A stretch of 55,048 nt of DNA from Octopus bimaculoides (Eukaryota): NCBI RefSeq assembly GCF_001194135.2, contig NC_068994.1:1859462-1914509 (forward strand), read 5' to 3'. Positions within the stretch are counted from its first letter, which is position 1. Each line of letters starts with the position of its first letter. The notes beneath the pieces are model-generated. The model searched no databases. It was given only the letters and a program-made list of their open reading frames with translations, and had not been told where the DNA came from. Shown here piece after piece: positions 21,510 to 35,399 of the stretch. Both the position numbers and the translations under genes were made by a program.

Positions 21510-21640
21510 AAGGCAAATTGGCAGAGATGTTAGAGCACTGGATAACATGTCTCATACTATTTGTTTCAACTCATTACGTTCTGAGTTCAAATCCCACCAA
21601 AGTCAATTTTGTCTTTCATCCTTTCAGGACCAATAAAAAT
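21510..21640 (+). mobile_element. tRNA-derived SINE (family D), degenerate
   Basis: TGGCAGAGATGTTAG...TTCTGAGTTCAAATCCCACC...TTTCATCCTTTCAGG; homologous to 51136-51279, 52710-52925, 27060-27162. Confidence 0.7.
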
Positions 21641-21854
21641 ATACTAAATCCTGGAGAATGAGTTGGAGAATCTCTTAGAGGATGGGACTTGATACCTTGT
21701 GGTATTTGATTCCCCACCCCAGGAATGGATCAAATCGATTGTTGTTGTGCTGAATAAAGATTCTAGCTAAATCCATTTTCCAATTCCCTCATTTGTTTTC
21801 AACTCAATGAACACTGCAAATTTCCAGTGACAATTATATTGCAACTGTGGATGA

Positions 21855-22215
21855 CATCAGGTAACCCAAATGGTGAAAGGGCTTTCATCAGCTTGGCAAT
21901 ACCTGTTCAGAGAACTTTGCAAAGTTTTCAAAAATTTTTCATCATTCTTGACACAATTAAGGAAATTTTGTGCAATTGAAACCCAAGTGTCTCTTTGGTC
22001 AGTGATAATGGACTGAACTGAACCGTAACTAATCTGCACATCCTCTGATAACTCATGGATGGTGATTTGATGATTTCCCCTCACAGCTACACACACCTTT
22101 GCAATGTTTTTCTCAGTTCTGCTGGTTGTGGGTCTCCCAATACATTCGTCACTATTGACATTTTTTCAGCCATCTTTAGCTTTGTTACTATGGCAACAGA
22201 CCAGATACTTATTGA
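21855..22215 (-). mobile_element. Mariner transposase N-terminal remnant
   Basis: CVAVRGNHQITIHELSEDVQISYGSVQSIIT resembles the mariner second HTH region. Confidence 0.75.
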
Positions 22216-22701
22216 TCAGACCTCATATATATATGTATGTATATATATATATATAAGTCAGTAAATAGTGGGGTTGTGTTAACCGCACGTGGAGAAATAA
22301 TAGGAAAATGAAAAAAAGCCAGAATGCTGAACTGGAAGCATAATTTAATAAAGATTNNNNNNNNNNNNNNNNNNNNNNNNNNNNNNNNNNNNNNNNNNNN
22401 NNNNNNNNNNNNNNNNNNNNNNNNNNNNNNNNNNNNNNNNNNNNNNNNNNNNNNNNNNNNNNNNNNNNNNNNNNNNNNNNNNNNNNNNNNNNNNNNNNNN
22501 NNNNNNNNNNNNNNNNNNNNNNNNNNNNNNNNNNNNNNNNNNNNNNNNNNNNNNNNNNNNNNNNNNNNNNNNNNNNNNNNNNNNNNNNNNNNNNNNNNNN
22601 NNNNNNNNNNNNNNNNNNNNNNNNNNNNNNNNNNNNNNNNNNNNNNNNNNNNNNNNNNNNNNNNNNNNNNNNNNNNNNNNNNNNNNNNNNNNNNNNNNNN
22701 N

Positions 22702-22736
<35 letters not shown>

Positions 22737-22793
22737 GAAAGATACACATGTAGGGCATTAAGGTGACAAACACTTCAAGACAGCACCCTCTGA

Positions 22794-23027
22794 GGGTGAT
22801 TCCCAACCAGGGTCCACACGACCCTTGGGGCTCATGAGCAAAAGATTGGTTAAATTTCTGTAAAACACAAAACATTTGAACAATGTTTTTAATAGAATTC
22901 CTAATAATATCTAATTACAAACAACTATTTAATAAGATTTTGTATAGAATAGCTGTAAAGGTCCAGGAAAAGTAAAGGGAGAACTGAAGGGGGTCCAATG
23001 GTTAAAAAAAGGGGTTGGAAAACACTG
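22794..23027. mobile_element. hAT-type MITE, same family as 13063-13328, more degenerate
   Basis: GGGTGATTCCCAACCAGGGTCC ... GGTTGGAAAACACTG; internal AAAACACAAAACATTTGAACAA shared. Confidence 0.7.
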
Positions 23028-25403
23028 ATTTACATAACTAGACCTATCAGAAAAGCTGCCAAATCTCTCTCAAGTCACACTTTTCTTACGAAAAGATAGA
23101 CACACAAACACAATGTACTCCAAGATAACCTATGAATCAAAAGCAAAAAGATAGGTGGGCCATGGCTGAAGTGCATTTGATCACAGGCTTACTCAGTGAA
23201 AGCTGACCTATGGTTAAGCAACACACCACCATAACAGCAACCCACTGACCACCAGCACTACAACTGCCACCACCAACACAACAACCACCACTACCTCCTA
23301 CCACCACCACTATAACCATCACCACCACCACCACCACTACCATCACCACCACCACCACCACCACCACTACCACCACTAAAGCTAACCTAGGGTTAAGCAA
23401 CACACCATCATATCATAACAGTAATATCACAGCCATCACCACCACCACCACCACAACTAGCAACGCCAACGCCATCGCTGCTCCCACCACCACCACCACT
23501 ATGTATTACGTGACATCTCTATTGAAAACAACATCAAAATGGTTGTTATATATTTTTCCTTCAAAATTTCAATTTACCTCATGGCATGCCACAGTGGCGG
23601 TGGTCGTGTTGGGGTTGTTGTTGCTATATATAACTATATACACGTGTGTGTATATACATACGTGTGTACACAGCCATATAGACAGTGCATGTATAAATAG
23701 GTGTGTGTTTAGGAATCAATAGATAAACATCACACTTGCCAAAGAAACTCCAGAAATATCTTTAAAAAACAACGTCACAAATTATTGAGGAATAAAAAAA
23801 CATCTGACAAAAAATAACAATGTTTTCAGAGTAACTCGGGCTTTATAGAAAAACATTAACGGTTATATATATTTGTGTGTGTGTGTGTGTGTGTGCGCAC
23901 ACACACACACACACATATATGTATTAATAAATATCAATATATATATATATANNNNNNNNNNNNNNNNNNNNNNNNNNNNNNNNNNNNNNNNNNNNNNNNN
24001 NNNNNNNNNNNNNNNNNNNNNNNNNNNNNNNNNNNNNNNNNNNNNNNNNNNNNNNNNNNNNNNNNNNNNNNNNNNNNNNNNNNNNNNNNNNNNNNNNNNN
24101 NNNNNNNNNNNNNNNNNNNNNNNNNNNNNNNNNNNNNNNNNNNNNNNNNNNNNNNNNNNNNNNNNNNNNNNNNNNNNNNNNNNNNNNNNNNNNNNNNNNN
24201 NNNNNNNNNNNNNNNNNNNNNNNNNNNNNNNNNNNNNNNNNNNNNNNNNNNNNNNNNNNNNNNNNNNNNNNNNNNNNNNNNNNNNNNNNNNNNNNNNNNN
24301 NNNNNNNNNNNNNNNNNNNNNNNNNNNNNNNNNNNNNNNNNNNNNNNNNNNNNNNNNNNNNNNNNNNNNNNNNNNNNNNNNNNNNNNNNNNNNNNNNNNN
24401 NNNNNNNNNNNNNNNNNNNNNNNNNNNNNNNNNNNNNNNNNNNNNNNNNNNNNNNNNNNNNNNNNNNNNNNNNNNNNNNNNNNNNNNNNNNNNNNNNNNN
24501 NNNNNNNNNNNNNNNNNNNNNNNNNNNNNNNNNNNNNNNNNNNNNNNNNNNNNNNNNNNNNNNNNNNNNNNNNNNNNNNNNNNNNNNNNNNNNNNNNNNN
24601 NNNNNNNNCACATATATATACATACATATACATACATACATATTCATACATACATATACATACATACATATACATACATACACACACACACATACATCAA
24701 TATACCCCAAAAACCAAATTCATTTAAAAAACCCTGTCCTCCATATTGTTATTGTCACTGATGTTTGTATTAATTGGTTCATGGTTTATCTTTATATTTT
24801 GTTTCTCTATAAACCTTGATGTTCTAAGATGGCTCTTATATACATATATACGCTCCCTTTCTGTTTGAAGTATCTATATAATATCTCTGTAATGTTTCGT
24901 GAATCATGAAAGCAATGTTCAAAGAAAGAGGTAGACTAGTTTGTTTCGCAACGTTTATTATTTAAACAAGATGGATGTTTTCTATAATTATGTGCTAGAA
25001 AACCATCAATACTCCAAACACAGAGAAGAAAGTTATCAATTTAGCCTTGAAATTTGTAAATATCACGATTTCCGTTACCAGTCAGGTCATACTAGTACAA
25101 TAGTTGCACGTTAACTAACTATGCATCTACAAAAAGTGATTGTGACATTTAAACTATTTAACAAAACACACTGAAATTGAGAGTGAATAGCTTTATCTGA
25201 TAAAAATGTCAATTGCTTTCTTATCACAATAAATATTTTTCTTTGATAATATAATTTTATTTTTGCGATTTTTAACGGTCACCATCCCAGGTTATGATAA
25301 AAGATCCTCTCTGTATGGGGTTGCTTCAACCTGATGGAAACAACAGCCAAAATTTACTAAGATCATACCATACCATTTGAAAAGGGGGAGTTGGTATCAC
25401 ACA

Positions 25404-25456
<53 letters not shown>

Positions 25457-25699
25457 CCAGTTGGACATGTACAGTTAAAAGGCTTTTGGTCATAGGCTGT
25501 CTTGATCTACAATGACCTTGGGTTAAACAGTACCAACAACAGTAACAATACACTGAATAACTAAGTTACTGTCAAAGAAAGGTTTCTACAGTTGATGTCA
25601 CTTCTAACAATTTATACAACATAAGACAATACAGTTCCTATAACAGTAAAAATTGAATCTTTCATTGTGATAAACACCCTCTGGTGTTGGAATTAGCAC

Positions 25700-25806
25700 A
25701 GACTGGGGTACTACACAGCTGAGGACTGGAGCACTGCAGAGCTGAGAAATACTATAGAGCTGAGAAATGGAGTACTATAGAGCTGAGGACTAGAGTACTA
25801 TAGAGA
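25700..25806. repeat. Degenerate ~23-bp minisatellite (about 4-5 units)
   Basis: Units such as GCTGAGGACTGGAGCACTGCAGA / GCTGAGAAATGGAGTACTATAGA / GCTGAGGACTAGAGTACTATAGA. Confidence 0.7.
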
Positions 25807-25997
25807 TGTGTTCTAGAGAACAGCACAGTTGTGGACTAGTGTATGCCATAGTTGTGTATTCGAGTACTCGAGCATACAGAATACTATAACTGGAAAATAC
25901 ACCTCCACTGTACAATTGTACTATGTACAGATCCACTGTATAGTTGGATATACCGTTCCACTGCACAACTGTATATATACACCTCTATTGTACAGTC

Positions 25998-26067
<70 letters not shown>

Positions 26068-27164
26068 ATATATATATATATGTATGTATATGCATATACA
26101 CACATATATATACATATCCAGCTGTATGTTTAAATCAATGTTCTGCTCTCTGTCAGTTATGATGAAGAGTGTTCCAGTTAATTCGGCCAATGAAACAGCC
26201 TGCTCGTGATATTAATGTGCAAATGGCTGAGCACTCCACAGACACATGTCCCTTTAACATAGTTCTCATGGTGATTCAGCATGATAGAGAGTGTGACAAG
26301 GCTGGCCCTTTCGAATTACAGGTACAATTCATATTTTGCCAGCTGAATGGATTGGAGCAATAAAGTGAAATAAAGTGACTTGCTCAAGGAGACACCAGGA
26401 ACTGAACTGAAACCTGACAATCACGAACAGGATACCCTGGCCCCTCAGCCTTGTGCCTTCTCACTCTGCATACAACAGCTCCACTTTGCAAGACAGTCGT
26501 ACCACCGTTTTGGAAGAGAGGCTGTGAACATTAGCTGCTTAATGAAATCACTAAGATCAGTTGATGCTGTCGTTGTGATGATTCTAATTTTCCAAACTAT
26601 TAACTCATCTTTACAGTGTGTGTATCCACAGGAGGTGGGGGTAGTCACCTGGAAATGCTGTAATCCTATTAACTGAGTGGTGCCTGAATATTTGAATTAA
26701 TGATCTAACTGATTAATGATTGACAACAACCAGCATCACCAAGATTCTTAATTAAATCATTCAAAGATGAACTAGTTGAGATTCTTGTGTCGTTAATCTT
26801 GCTTTTCTACTTCTGTGTTTGCACACAACCCTCACTGCTTCTTAGCAAAAGCATGATGCAACTGACCGAGTATCACTCACTGAGAGTTGTAGGTAGGTAA
26901 GCCATAATCTTTAAACCTTTAGCGGCAGTAATTGTTACTCTTTATATAGAAACAATTCTGTAGATTGTCTTGAAATGTCTTGAAATATTTCAGGCTTCGT
27001 TTACCATTACTTAGAAGGCAATTACCTGTGCATTTCTTTGCACACAAACAGATTGTAGCAGCGTTATTTATCGACCCTGAAAAGATGAAAGGTAACGTTG
27101 ACCGGCGAAATGCCGCTAAGCATTTTGCCAGGCATGCTTACAATTCTGCCAGTTCACTGCCTTA

Positions 27165-27405
27165 ATAATGATGGTGATGGTGATGATGATGAGGAGGAGG
27201 AGGAGGAGGAAGAAGGAGAAGAAGTGGAGGAAGAAGGAGAAGAAGAGGAGGAGGCAGAAGATGATAAGGAGGAGGAGGAGAAGGAAGAAGATGTAGATGA
27301 GGAAGAAGAAGACGATAATGATGATGAAGATGAGGAGGAGGAGGAGGCAGAAGGTGATGAGGAGAAAGAAGAACAACAACAACAACAACAAGATGATGAT
27401 GGTGA
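27165..27405. repeat. Compound (GAT/GAG/GAA/CAA)n microsatellite
   Basis: Direct inspection; it explains the poly-E/D ORF 27098..27598. Confidence 0.9.
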
Positions 27406-27484
27406 TATATGTGGAAGCCTTTTTCTAGATTATAAAGTGATGATCAATTGTGATTCGTGGACACTCCGTCAGCACATTCTGTTA

Positions 27485-27912
27485 AGATCCCGAATCATCT
27501 CCCAGTTGTGTGTCTATTCGAGAGACCATCACGTCCCCATAGATCCCGAATCATCTCCCAGTTGTGTGTCTATTCGAGAGACCATCTCGTCCCTATAGAT
27601 CCCGAATCATCTCCCAGTTGTGTGTTTATTCAAGAGGCCATCTCGTCCCCATAGATCCCGAATCATCTCCCAGTTGTGTGTCTATTCAAGAGACCATCTC
27701 GTCCCCATCGATCCCGAATCATCTCCCAGTTGTGTGTCTATTCAAGAGACCATCTNNNNNNNNNNTCTATTCAAGAGACCATCTCGTCCCCATAGATCCC
27801 GAATCATCTCCCAGTTGTGTGTCTATTCAAGAGACCATCTCGTCCCCATAGATCCCGAATCATCTCCCAGTTGTGTGTCTATTCGAGAAACCATCTCGTC
27901 CCCATCGATCCC
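27485..27912. repeat. 56-bp minisatellite, at least 7 units (10-N gap inside)
   Basis: AGATCCCGAATCATCTCCCAGTTGTGTGTCTATTCAAGAGACCATCTCGTCCCCAT with unit starts at 27485, 27541, 27597, 27653, 27709, 27794, 27850. Confidence 0.95.
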
Positions 27913-28372
27913 TCTCTTTCACCAACCTTCACAACACAACAACTGTGCACCAAACCATTGTTGTACAAACCCGCACCTCTCCAATCTCCTTCCTTGATTA
28001 TTCCATAATCTGTTAATCAGTTTAATCGTTAGTCGTTAGTGTCAACTGTTATAATTAATGTCATCCACGTTGTCAACGGATGACAATTGATTCCATGCGA
28101 CCAATACCTCGGCTAAAGAATTCTTACAATAGAACCGTACACACCTGGTTTTTGTATTGATCTCAGCAATTCTCTCCACACAAAAGCTCCACATGTGGAA
28201 TGGAATGAAATGATTCCGCTAATGGCATTTTGTAATCACCACAGACAACAAAGCCGGCAAGAAGCTAAATAATTACAATGTAAGGTAACACACACACACA
28301 CACACACACATAAACACATATGCACATATACACATACACACACTCACACATACACATACACATATATATACA

Positions 28373-28446
<74 letters not shown>

Positions 28447-29459
28447 CATGTGTGTGTGTGTGTGTATGCATGTATGTGCGTACGTACATGTGTATGTATG
28501 TATGCATACATATATGCAATCTCTGTCAATCTGTGGCAAACCATCCTGAAGATAAGATCATGTGACCTTTAAATGTCAATAAATGGGGAGGTCAATAATA
28601 TAGATTTTGTTAAAACATATCTGTTTGCTGAGTTAATTTGCTTTGACTGTCTTTCTGTCGGGTTGTCTCCCATCGATACGTGCAGGGATTGGGTCTTGCC
28701 GGCAGAGAAAAACAGCCTCAGTAACATTTAACCAAAGTTGGTTGTTGTTGTTGTTGTCGTTGTTGTTGTTGTATTTTATCAAATTTATTAGGATCCGGCA
28801 TGAGATGCCACCAACAACAAACACCACCACCACCAACAACACCTTGTCCACCACTACTAACATTCACCACTGCTACTCATACCATCACCATCACTAACTC
28901 CCACAATTATCCCCAGCATCATCATCACCACAACCACCACTACCACCAGACCCACAATCTCAACCACCATTACCACCACCACCACAACAACCACTATCAC
29001 CAGAACCACCACCTCTGCCATCACAACCACCACCACAGCTACCATCACCACCACTACCATTACCACAACCACCACCACCAGCACCTCCCCGCAAGACAAG
29101 AAAAAGAGCCATTATACAGTCAGTCAACCTGGTAGAAATACCAGCTAAATCACCCTCAAATTACACCTTGTCTCAGTGAGGAAAGATGCAGAAGGTAAAA
29201 TGTTTTTTGAGAGACTCTGCATGAATAAAAGATAGGATGGTCATGTGTGGAAGGCCTTTACTCATTTACCAAAACCGGAGAATCTGTTGGGACCTAGCAA
29301 TGTTTCATGCCAGCAACATGAGGTATAATGAAGGTGGCCAACTGGCAGAATTGTGACAAGACGTGTTCCCATGGAAACCACCCTTTAGAGATGGATTACA
29401 TAACAGCTACGTCACATTAGACGTGACACCATCCACTCAGAAAGTCAGTGTGGTACTTT

Positions 29460-30270
29460 ACATAATGTAGTCCCAGGTAGATGATGTTTGAATCAAAAAT
29501 ACATTGGTCATGTCTGAAGTATGGGGTGTGGCTGGATCAAGGCTGACCTGAACCATGAAAGAAGGACACATCAGTTAATGTAGTCCTAGATAGACGATGC
29601 TTGGACAACATACTTGATAATCATAGTTGGGGCATTTTTGAACATAGGTTGACTGGATCAGGAACTAACCTGGGGTTAAACAACAAAGATAAATCATTGT
29701 TGTTGTTGTTTAACCCCAGGTCATCTGTGATTGAGCTAAGAGCAAAGGCATTCCAGCCATGACCATCCTGTCTGTCTAGGAGTATCTTGGGTGTCATGGT
29801 CTAATGTTTGCTCAACATCAATTGAGAGAGATTCCATCAATGGTGTAATTATAGTTAATGTTCTTGCTTAACCCTGGGTCAGCCCTGATTAAGGGTGATC
29901 AAAGACATTCCTACCATGACCATCATCTCCCCTTTTCTTCTAGAGATAAATATACCATAGACTACACTATCCGAAGTGTCATGTCATTTTTTACAGCATA
30001 AATGTGACTGCTATTTCTAGCAGGTTCAGTGAGCACATACAGCCTCCCTCTTTGGCTCATGATTGATGAAATTATCGTTGTGGTTTAGCACCAGGTCAAC
30101 CTTGCTCCAGGAGATTTAGGATAAAGACAATCCAATTGTGACCATCTAGTATGTTATTGTTGTTGTTGTTGATGATGATGTTGCCTAATCCTAGATCAAC
30201 CTTGATTCAGATTGTTGAGCAGGACTTGAGGGAGATTTAGCTGCTACATCAAGCAGGTCAAGAGACCACG
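29460..30270. mobile_element. Cluster of about 6 family F repeat copies in mixed orientation
   Basis: Repeated TTAACCCCAGGTCA...AAAGGCATTCCAGCCATGACCATC motif and its reverse complement. Confidence 0.65.
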
Positions 30271-30489
30271 TATAAATCTGCTTGTCGGTTTGACATTACA
30301 AACGGTTGTTGTTGTGGCTGCCATAGTAGAAGTGGAGGTAATGATTGTCGTAGTGGTCGTGGTAGTGGTAGGTGTTGTAGTAGTGGTTGCAATAGTAGTA
30401 TTGGTTGCAGTGGTAGTAGTGCTAAAGATTGTAAGAATAATAGTAGTAGCAGCAGTAGTTGTTGTAGTACTGACAAGTCTTCAAAGGTC

Positions 30490-30889
30490 CGAAATTGGTG
30501 TAATAATTGCGAGAAATGCGTGGCGGCGGTGGCAATGACAGTATCAGCGGCAGCGGAGGTGGTGGTGGTGGTGGTGGTGGTTCGTTGATCCGTTGCTGTG
30601 TTTGTGTTAATATATAAGCTGGACCAACCTCCTGCTAACTACCAACTATAATAGCTAACACAGAGATCAATAGTGATCAATAAAGATCAATAGACATCAA
30701 TAGAGGCCGGACAAAAGGTTGTATTGTGCTGTGTATATTTATCGACAAGCACAAGGAAATAATTAAGGCGGGTCATTGACGAGTTAAGTCGAGCAGAGAA
30801 TGGGGCTCAAGTGAAGCGAGACCCGAGTAACAGGCCGTCGGACAATGTTTTGTTGGTGGGAGGGCTACAGATGGAGTTGTATTAATGTG
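30490..30889. promoter_or_regulatory. Candidate promoter/enhancer: CpG-retaining unique DNA with TATA and four ATCAATA motifs
   Basis: TATATAAG at 30611-30618; four ATCAATA at exact 10-bp period within 30664-30703; many CpG compared with the flanks. Confidence 0.4.
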
Positions 30890-31278
30890 NNNNNNNNNNN
30901 NNNNNNNNNNNNNNNNNNNNNNNNNNNNNNNNNNNNNNNNNNNNNNNNNNNNNNNNNNNNNNNNNNNNNNNNNNNNNNNNNNNNNNNNNNNNNNNNNNNN
31001 NNNNNNNNNNNNNNNNNNNNNNNNNNNNNNNNNNNNNNNNNNNNNNNNNNNNNNNNNNNNNNNNNNNNNNNNNNNNNNNNNNNNNNNNNNNNNNNNNNNN
31101 NNNNNNNNNNNNNNNNNNNNNNNNNNNNNNNNNNNNNNNNNNNNNNNNNNNNNNNNNNNNNNNNNNNNNNNNNNNNNNNNNNNNNNNNNNNNNNNNNNNN
31201 NNNNNNNNNNNNNNNNNNNNNNNNNNNNNNNGTACACATTTGCAGTATAGATATCTATATATATTTATTTTTTCTATT

Positions 31279-31310
<32 letters not shown>

Positions 31311-33198
31311 TATGTATATACATATATACATACATATATATATAAATACATAAGTAAACATACATATATTCACACACATATACATATGCATACACACACA
31401 TGCATATGTGACTGTATGTATGGTTATGTGTGTATATGTTTATACAACTTTATATATATATTATATATATATTGCATATACCCACCTACACCCACCCATA
31501 CAGAGCATCGCTTTGCCAGGTGGAGCAACACATCAGCCCAGCCCAATACGTTCATGCTTGCTGTGCCACTCAACAGCTGACGAACAGACAGACGCCAAAG
31601 CGGAAGTAATGTTCTTTTTAGAACAGTTCTTTTTGTTTTCCATACTGGGAATGTCTTTTTGTTTTTTCTTTTATTCAATTTATTGTTTATGTTTGTAGTT
31701 GGAAGGAACAGATTTCAGGGGGTGAGATATGGTGCAGAGGAGAAAGGATTGGTGCAAGTTGGTGGTGATAGTAGTAGTGGTGGTGGTGGTGGTGGTGGTA
31801 GATCAATGAGCCCAAATACATAAACAAATTGGCTAAGTGTACTTTACTGATCGATATGTAGTGTGTTTGTGTGCATGATGTATATGTCATGTGTATGTAT
31901 GTGGTGCATGTATGCATATAAGAGATGTATAGAGGTGTGCATGTATGATGTTTGTCATGTGTACATAATATGTGTGTAGTATGTATGGAATGTGTACTAT
32001 GTGGTGTGTGTATGTGTGTGCACGCATGTGTGTGATGTATTTTGTGTGGTAATGTCTGAAGTACATGATTACTATTTTGGTTTATTTTTAAATATGACAA
32101 ACATTTTGGGTACAGCAAACATATCTAAGGTACACCAGGTAGAATTAGGGTACCCTGATTACAGCCAGGGTGATACTCCAGACACAGGTATAGCAACCAT
32201 ATTTTAAAGTATTTTAGGGAGAGAGGTGGGTTGTAGTCAGAGTATGATCCTCAGACAAACACCTCCCCAATAGAACAACAGTTGCTCAACCTTCTTGATA
32301 TTGTAGCCAAACATCCTCAAAAACACTGCTACTGTATGGAAAGAGAAAGCTTAAATAAACCACAGATCTGCTCAGAAGTGACCTAGGGCTAAACAACAGC
32401 AGTCATACCAAGCCAACACAGGTTGGCCATGGTTGGAATATCTTTGATCATAGATCTGCTTGTTCGTTGATAACCTGGGGTTAAGCAACAACAATATCAC
32501 CTGTTTTTTTAACGTAATAATTATCCCCAAAACCCTAAAATACTGCCACATCACACTACCACACAAACACTCAAAGCAATTCATCTTTCACAAGTGTTGC
32601 TAGTCAAAAAGAGGTATTAGATGTGGACCAGCCCCGATTAAATGAAAAAGCATGGAAGATATGTTTCATAAGAGTGAAACCTTCCTTACCTGAACAATTT
32701 ACCTAAGAAAAGGTAAGCAAGAAATGGCTCATCTTAAGTGCCACCAGGGGTTGATGATGTATGGAACTGAGATGAATGGTATTCTTCTCTAACACAAAGA
32801 CTCCAAGAAACGATTTCACTCCATTATTTTGACTGGAGAAGGAGAGAGGAACCATTGGAGACAGCAAATACAAGAAACAAAAGTGGTAAAAAATAAATAA
32901 AAGACCTTAGCATGATTGGTATGTATATATACATACATGTGTGTCGGTCCCTCTCCCCCACCACCACCACTTGGCGACAGGTGTTGGTTAGTAACTTAGT
33001 AATTTAGCAAAAAGAGACCAATAGAATATGTCCCAGGCTTTAAAGAAATAAGTTTTGGGGCCAAGTTGTTTGACTGAACCCATCAATGGACTAAAACAAG
33101 TAAAAGATAGAAGATATATGGATACACACGCATGCATGTACACACACATACACACACATTTATATTATGTGTGTGTGTATATATATACACACACAAAC

Positions 33199-33235
<37 letters not shown>

Positions 33236-33261
33236 NNNNNNNNNNNNNNNNNNNNNNNNNN

Positions 33262-33299
<38 letters not shown>

Positions 33300-33443
33300 A
33301 GAAAACTCACCCCAGCCTTGCTACACCTTTACTCCTGAAGGCCCTCCACAGGCCATTGGTGCAGCCCTTCCTCTCTGGAAGATTAAATGGAAAAAATAAG
33401 CAAAAGGGAACAATTAAAATATTTTGAGTTAATCAGTGAACTT

Positions 33444-33495
<52 letters not shown>

Positions 33496-33624
33496 GACTA
33501 CCACACACAAAAATCCTTTACTCATTTGCTGACCCTCTCTGAAGCTCCCAAAAGATCTCTACTGGAGTATTATGGCCTCAATGTGGGCTCTTACTGTTGT
33601 TACACTCATGCATCAACATTCTAG

Positions 33625-34115
33625 ATCACATCTACAATATGGGTCATTCAAAAGATTAAAAGAGACTCACCAAAATTCTACGACTCAATTCAAGCATAAC
33701 AGGCCAGATATTGTTGTTTGGGACCAAGAAGAAAAATCATGTACCATCTTAGAGGTCAGCTGACCTGATGATGTGAATATCTCTTTGAAAATCAAAGAGA
33801 AAGAGAATAATTATGGACAACTGCTTCGAAACCCCCAGCTTCTGTATCCAGATTATAAATTAATATTGATGCCAATAAAAATTGGAGCGCTTGGGTTTGA
33901 GAGTAAATGCCTGAGTGATGATCTGGATAAGCTGGAGTTTTAAGAAAAAGCAATCAACTCCCTTACACATTACAAATACAATCTGTAAGTGGAACAATAA
34001 AAATATGCAAGACTTTTCTCAAGTTTGAAATATGAATTCGTTTTTGTAATTTACATTCCAGCGATGGAACTTTGTATCTTTGTTAGAAACCAGTTCCAGC
34101 TTTATAAGAAGATAC
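33625..34115 (+). mobile_element. RLE-type non-LTR retrotransposon 3' end
   Basis: KHNRPDIVVWDQEEKSCTILEVS*PDDVNISLKIKEKENNYGQLLR..QLLYPDYK...PIKIGALG is a PD-(D/E)xK restriction-like endonuclease region. Confidence 0.85.
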
Positions 34116-34989
34116 ATAGAAACATTTAAATACACATACATGCCCCCATCCTCAATTGTAGATGTGTGATGGAGGGATGCAGGAATGAGAAAATGGGAAA
34201 AGTCTTTAGTGTGTTGTCTTAATTAGATAGAAAGCTTGGGGAAAATGGAGAGTGGGAAGTTAAGTGTCTTGCCTAAGGTTACAGTGACAAAACATCACAG
34301 CAGGGTGAAGGTTTCAATCCCTGCAGCAATCTGGACAGAATCCATCGATGTCAGATTATTTGAATTGACATCTCCAATGTTACCATGGCGATCTTACAGG
34401 GGAATGAATCTATAGAATATGCACAGAGGCTGATATCTAAATATATATAAAGCGGGGAGGAGTGTAGAGCTAAACATATAATTGTATGCATGCATTACAC
34501 ACACACCCACATGTGTGAGTGTGCACACACAGAGAAATGGATAGATAGACAGATGAGACAGACAGACAGACAGACAGACAGATAGAAAGATAGATAGATA
34601 GATAGATAGAAAGATTGATAGATAGACAGATAGGTAGACAGACAGACAGACAGACAGATAGGGCAGTCGATATGTATGTAAACAAACTGATAGAAATGTT
34701 TATAGAATAAGTCCTGGGGTCGATTTGCTCAACTAAAGGCGGTGCTCCAGCATGGCCACAGTCAAATGACTGAAACAAATAAGAGAATAAAAGAACATAC
34801 ACACACACGCACACATATACATGCACATACACACTCACACAAATATATATGTGAGTGTTTTTACCAATAAGAAAAACAAGTTCCAGATCATTTGTTGCTG
34901 GTTGTATAATGTATAAATAATGGACTGAAGTGGAAGCTCTAATTATTAAACACTTTTCTAAGAATTCTAACAGTTCCAATGAGTGTTGG

Positions 34990-35360
34990 TTCCTGCAATG
35001 TTGTGGCTGATATTTAAAAAAAATAGTTTACAATTCTGGTGCTCACAGTACCTAGCACCCCAACAACTGGGACCATCTCAACCTTTTTCATTCCCCAGAA
35101 ATATTCTATCTCCCAAGCTGGATAAGCCACATCTAGAATCAAACACTGCCTGTTGGCTTTGTTAATTACCATAAGATCTAGTTTGCAATGTTTAATTTCA
35201 TGTTCACATTGTACTATAAGGTCCCCAAAAATATCTTGGCATGATCATTTTTAGAACACTTTCTGGTTTGTGCTCATACAAGTAGCTTGCTCTTTCAGGA
35301 CCATATTTGACACATAACTCCCAATAAACAACTTTTGCTTAGTCGTCATGGTATCACGTG
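34990..35360 (-). mobile_element. Degenerate RLE-type LINE fragment
   Basis: With frameshifts: YEHKPESVL.NDHAKI...IQCEHEIKHCKLDL.VINKANRQCLILDVAYP. Confidence 0.6.
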
Positions 35361-35399
35361 TATTCTTTGTGTACTGGCTGGTGATCATTATCATTATTA

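Noticed and set aside
8371-24819. Long ORFs consisting mostly of X (e.g. 8371..9231, 10356..11176, 19748..20800, 22209..22875, 23863..24819; likewise 30773..31345, 36512..37058, 49207..49799)
   Set aside because: They span N gaps, which contain no stops; not evidence of genes.
27098-27598. Acidic poly-E/D 166-aa ORF
   Set aside because: Translation of a compound trinucleotide microsatellite plus the start of the 56-bp minisatellite, starting inside a SINE.
27485-27912. Regularly spaced repeats superficially like a CRISPR array (also 41894-42253)
   Set aside because: Units are contiguous with no unique spacers, no cas genes, eukaryotic context.
32737-32752. Partial CTCF-like GCCACCAGGGGTTG
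   Set aside because: Lacks the GGC core end; too weak on its own.
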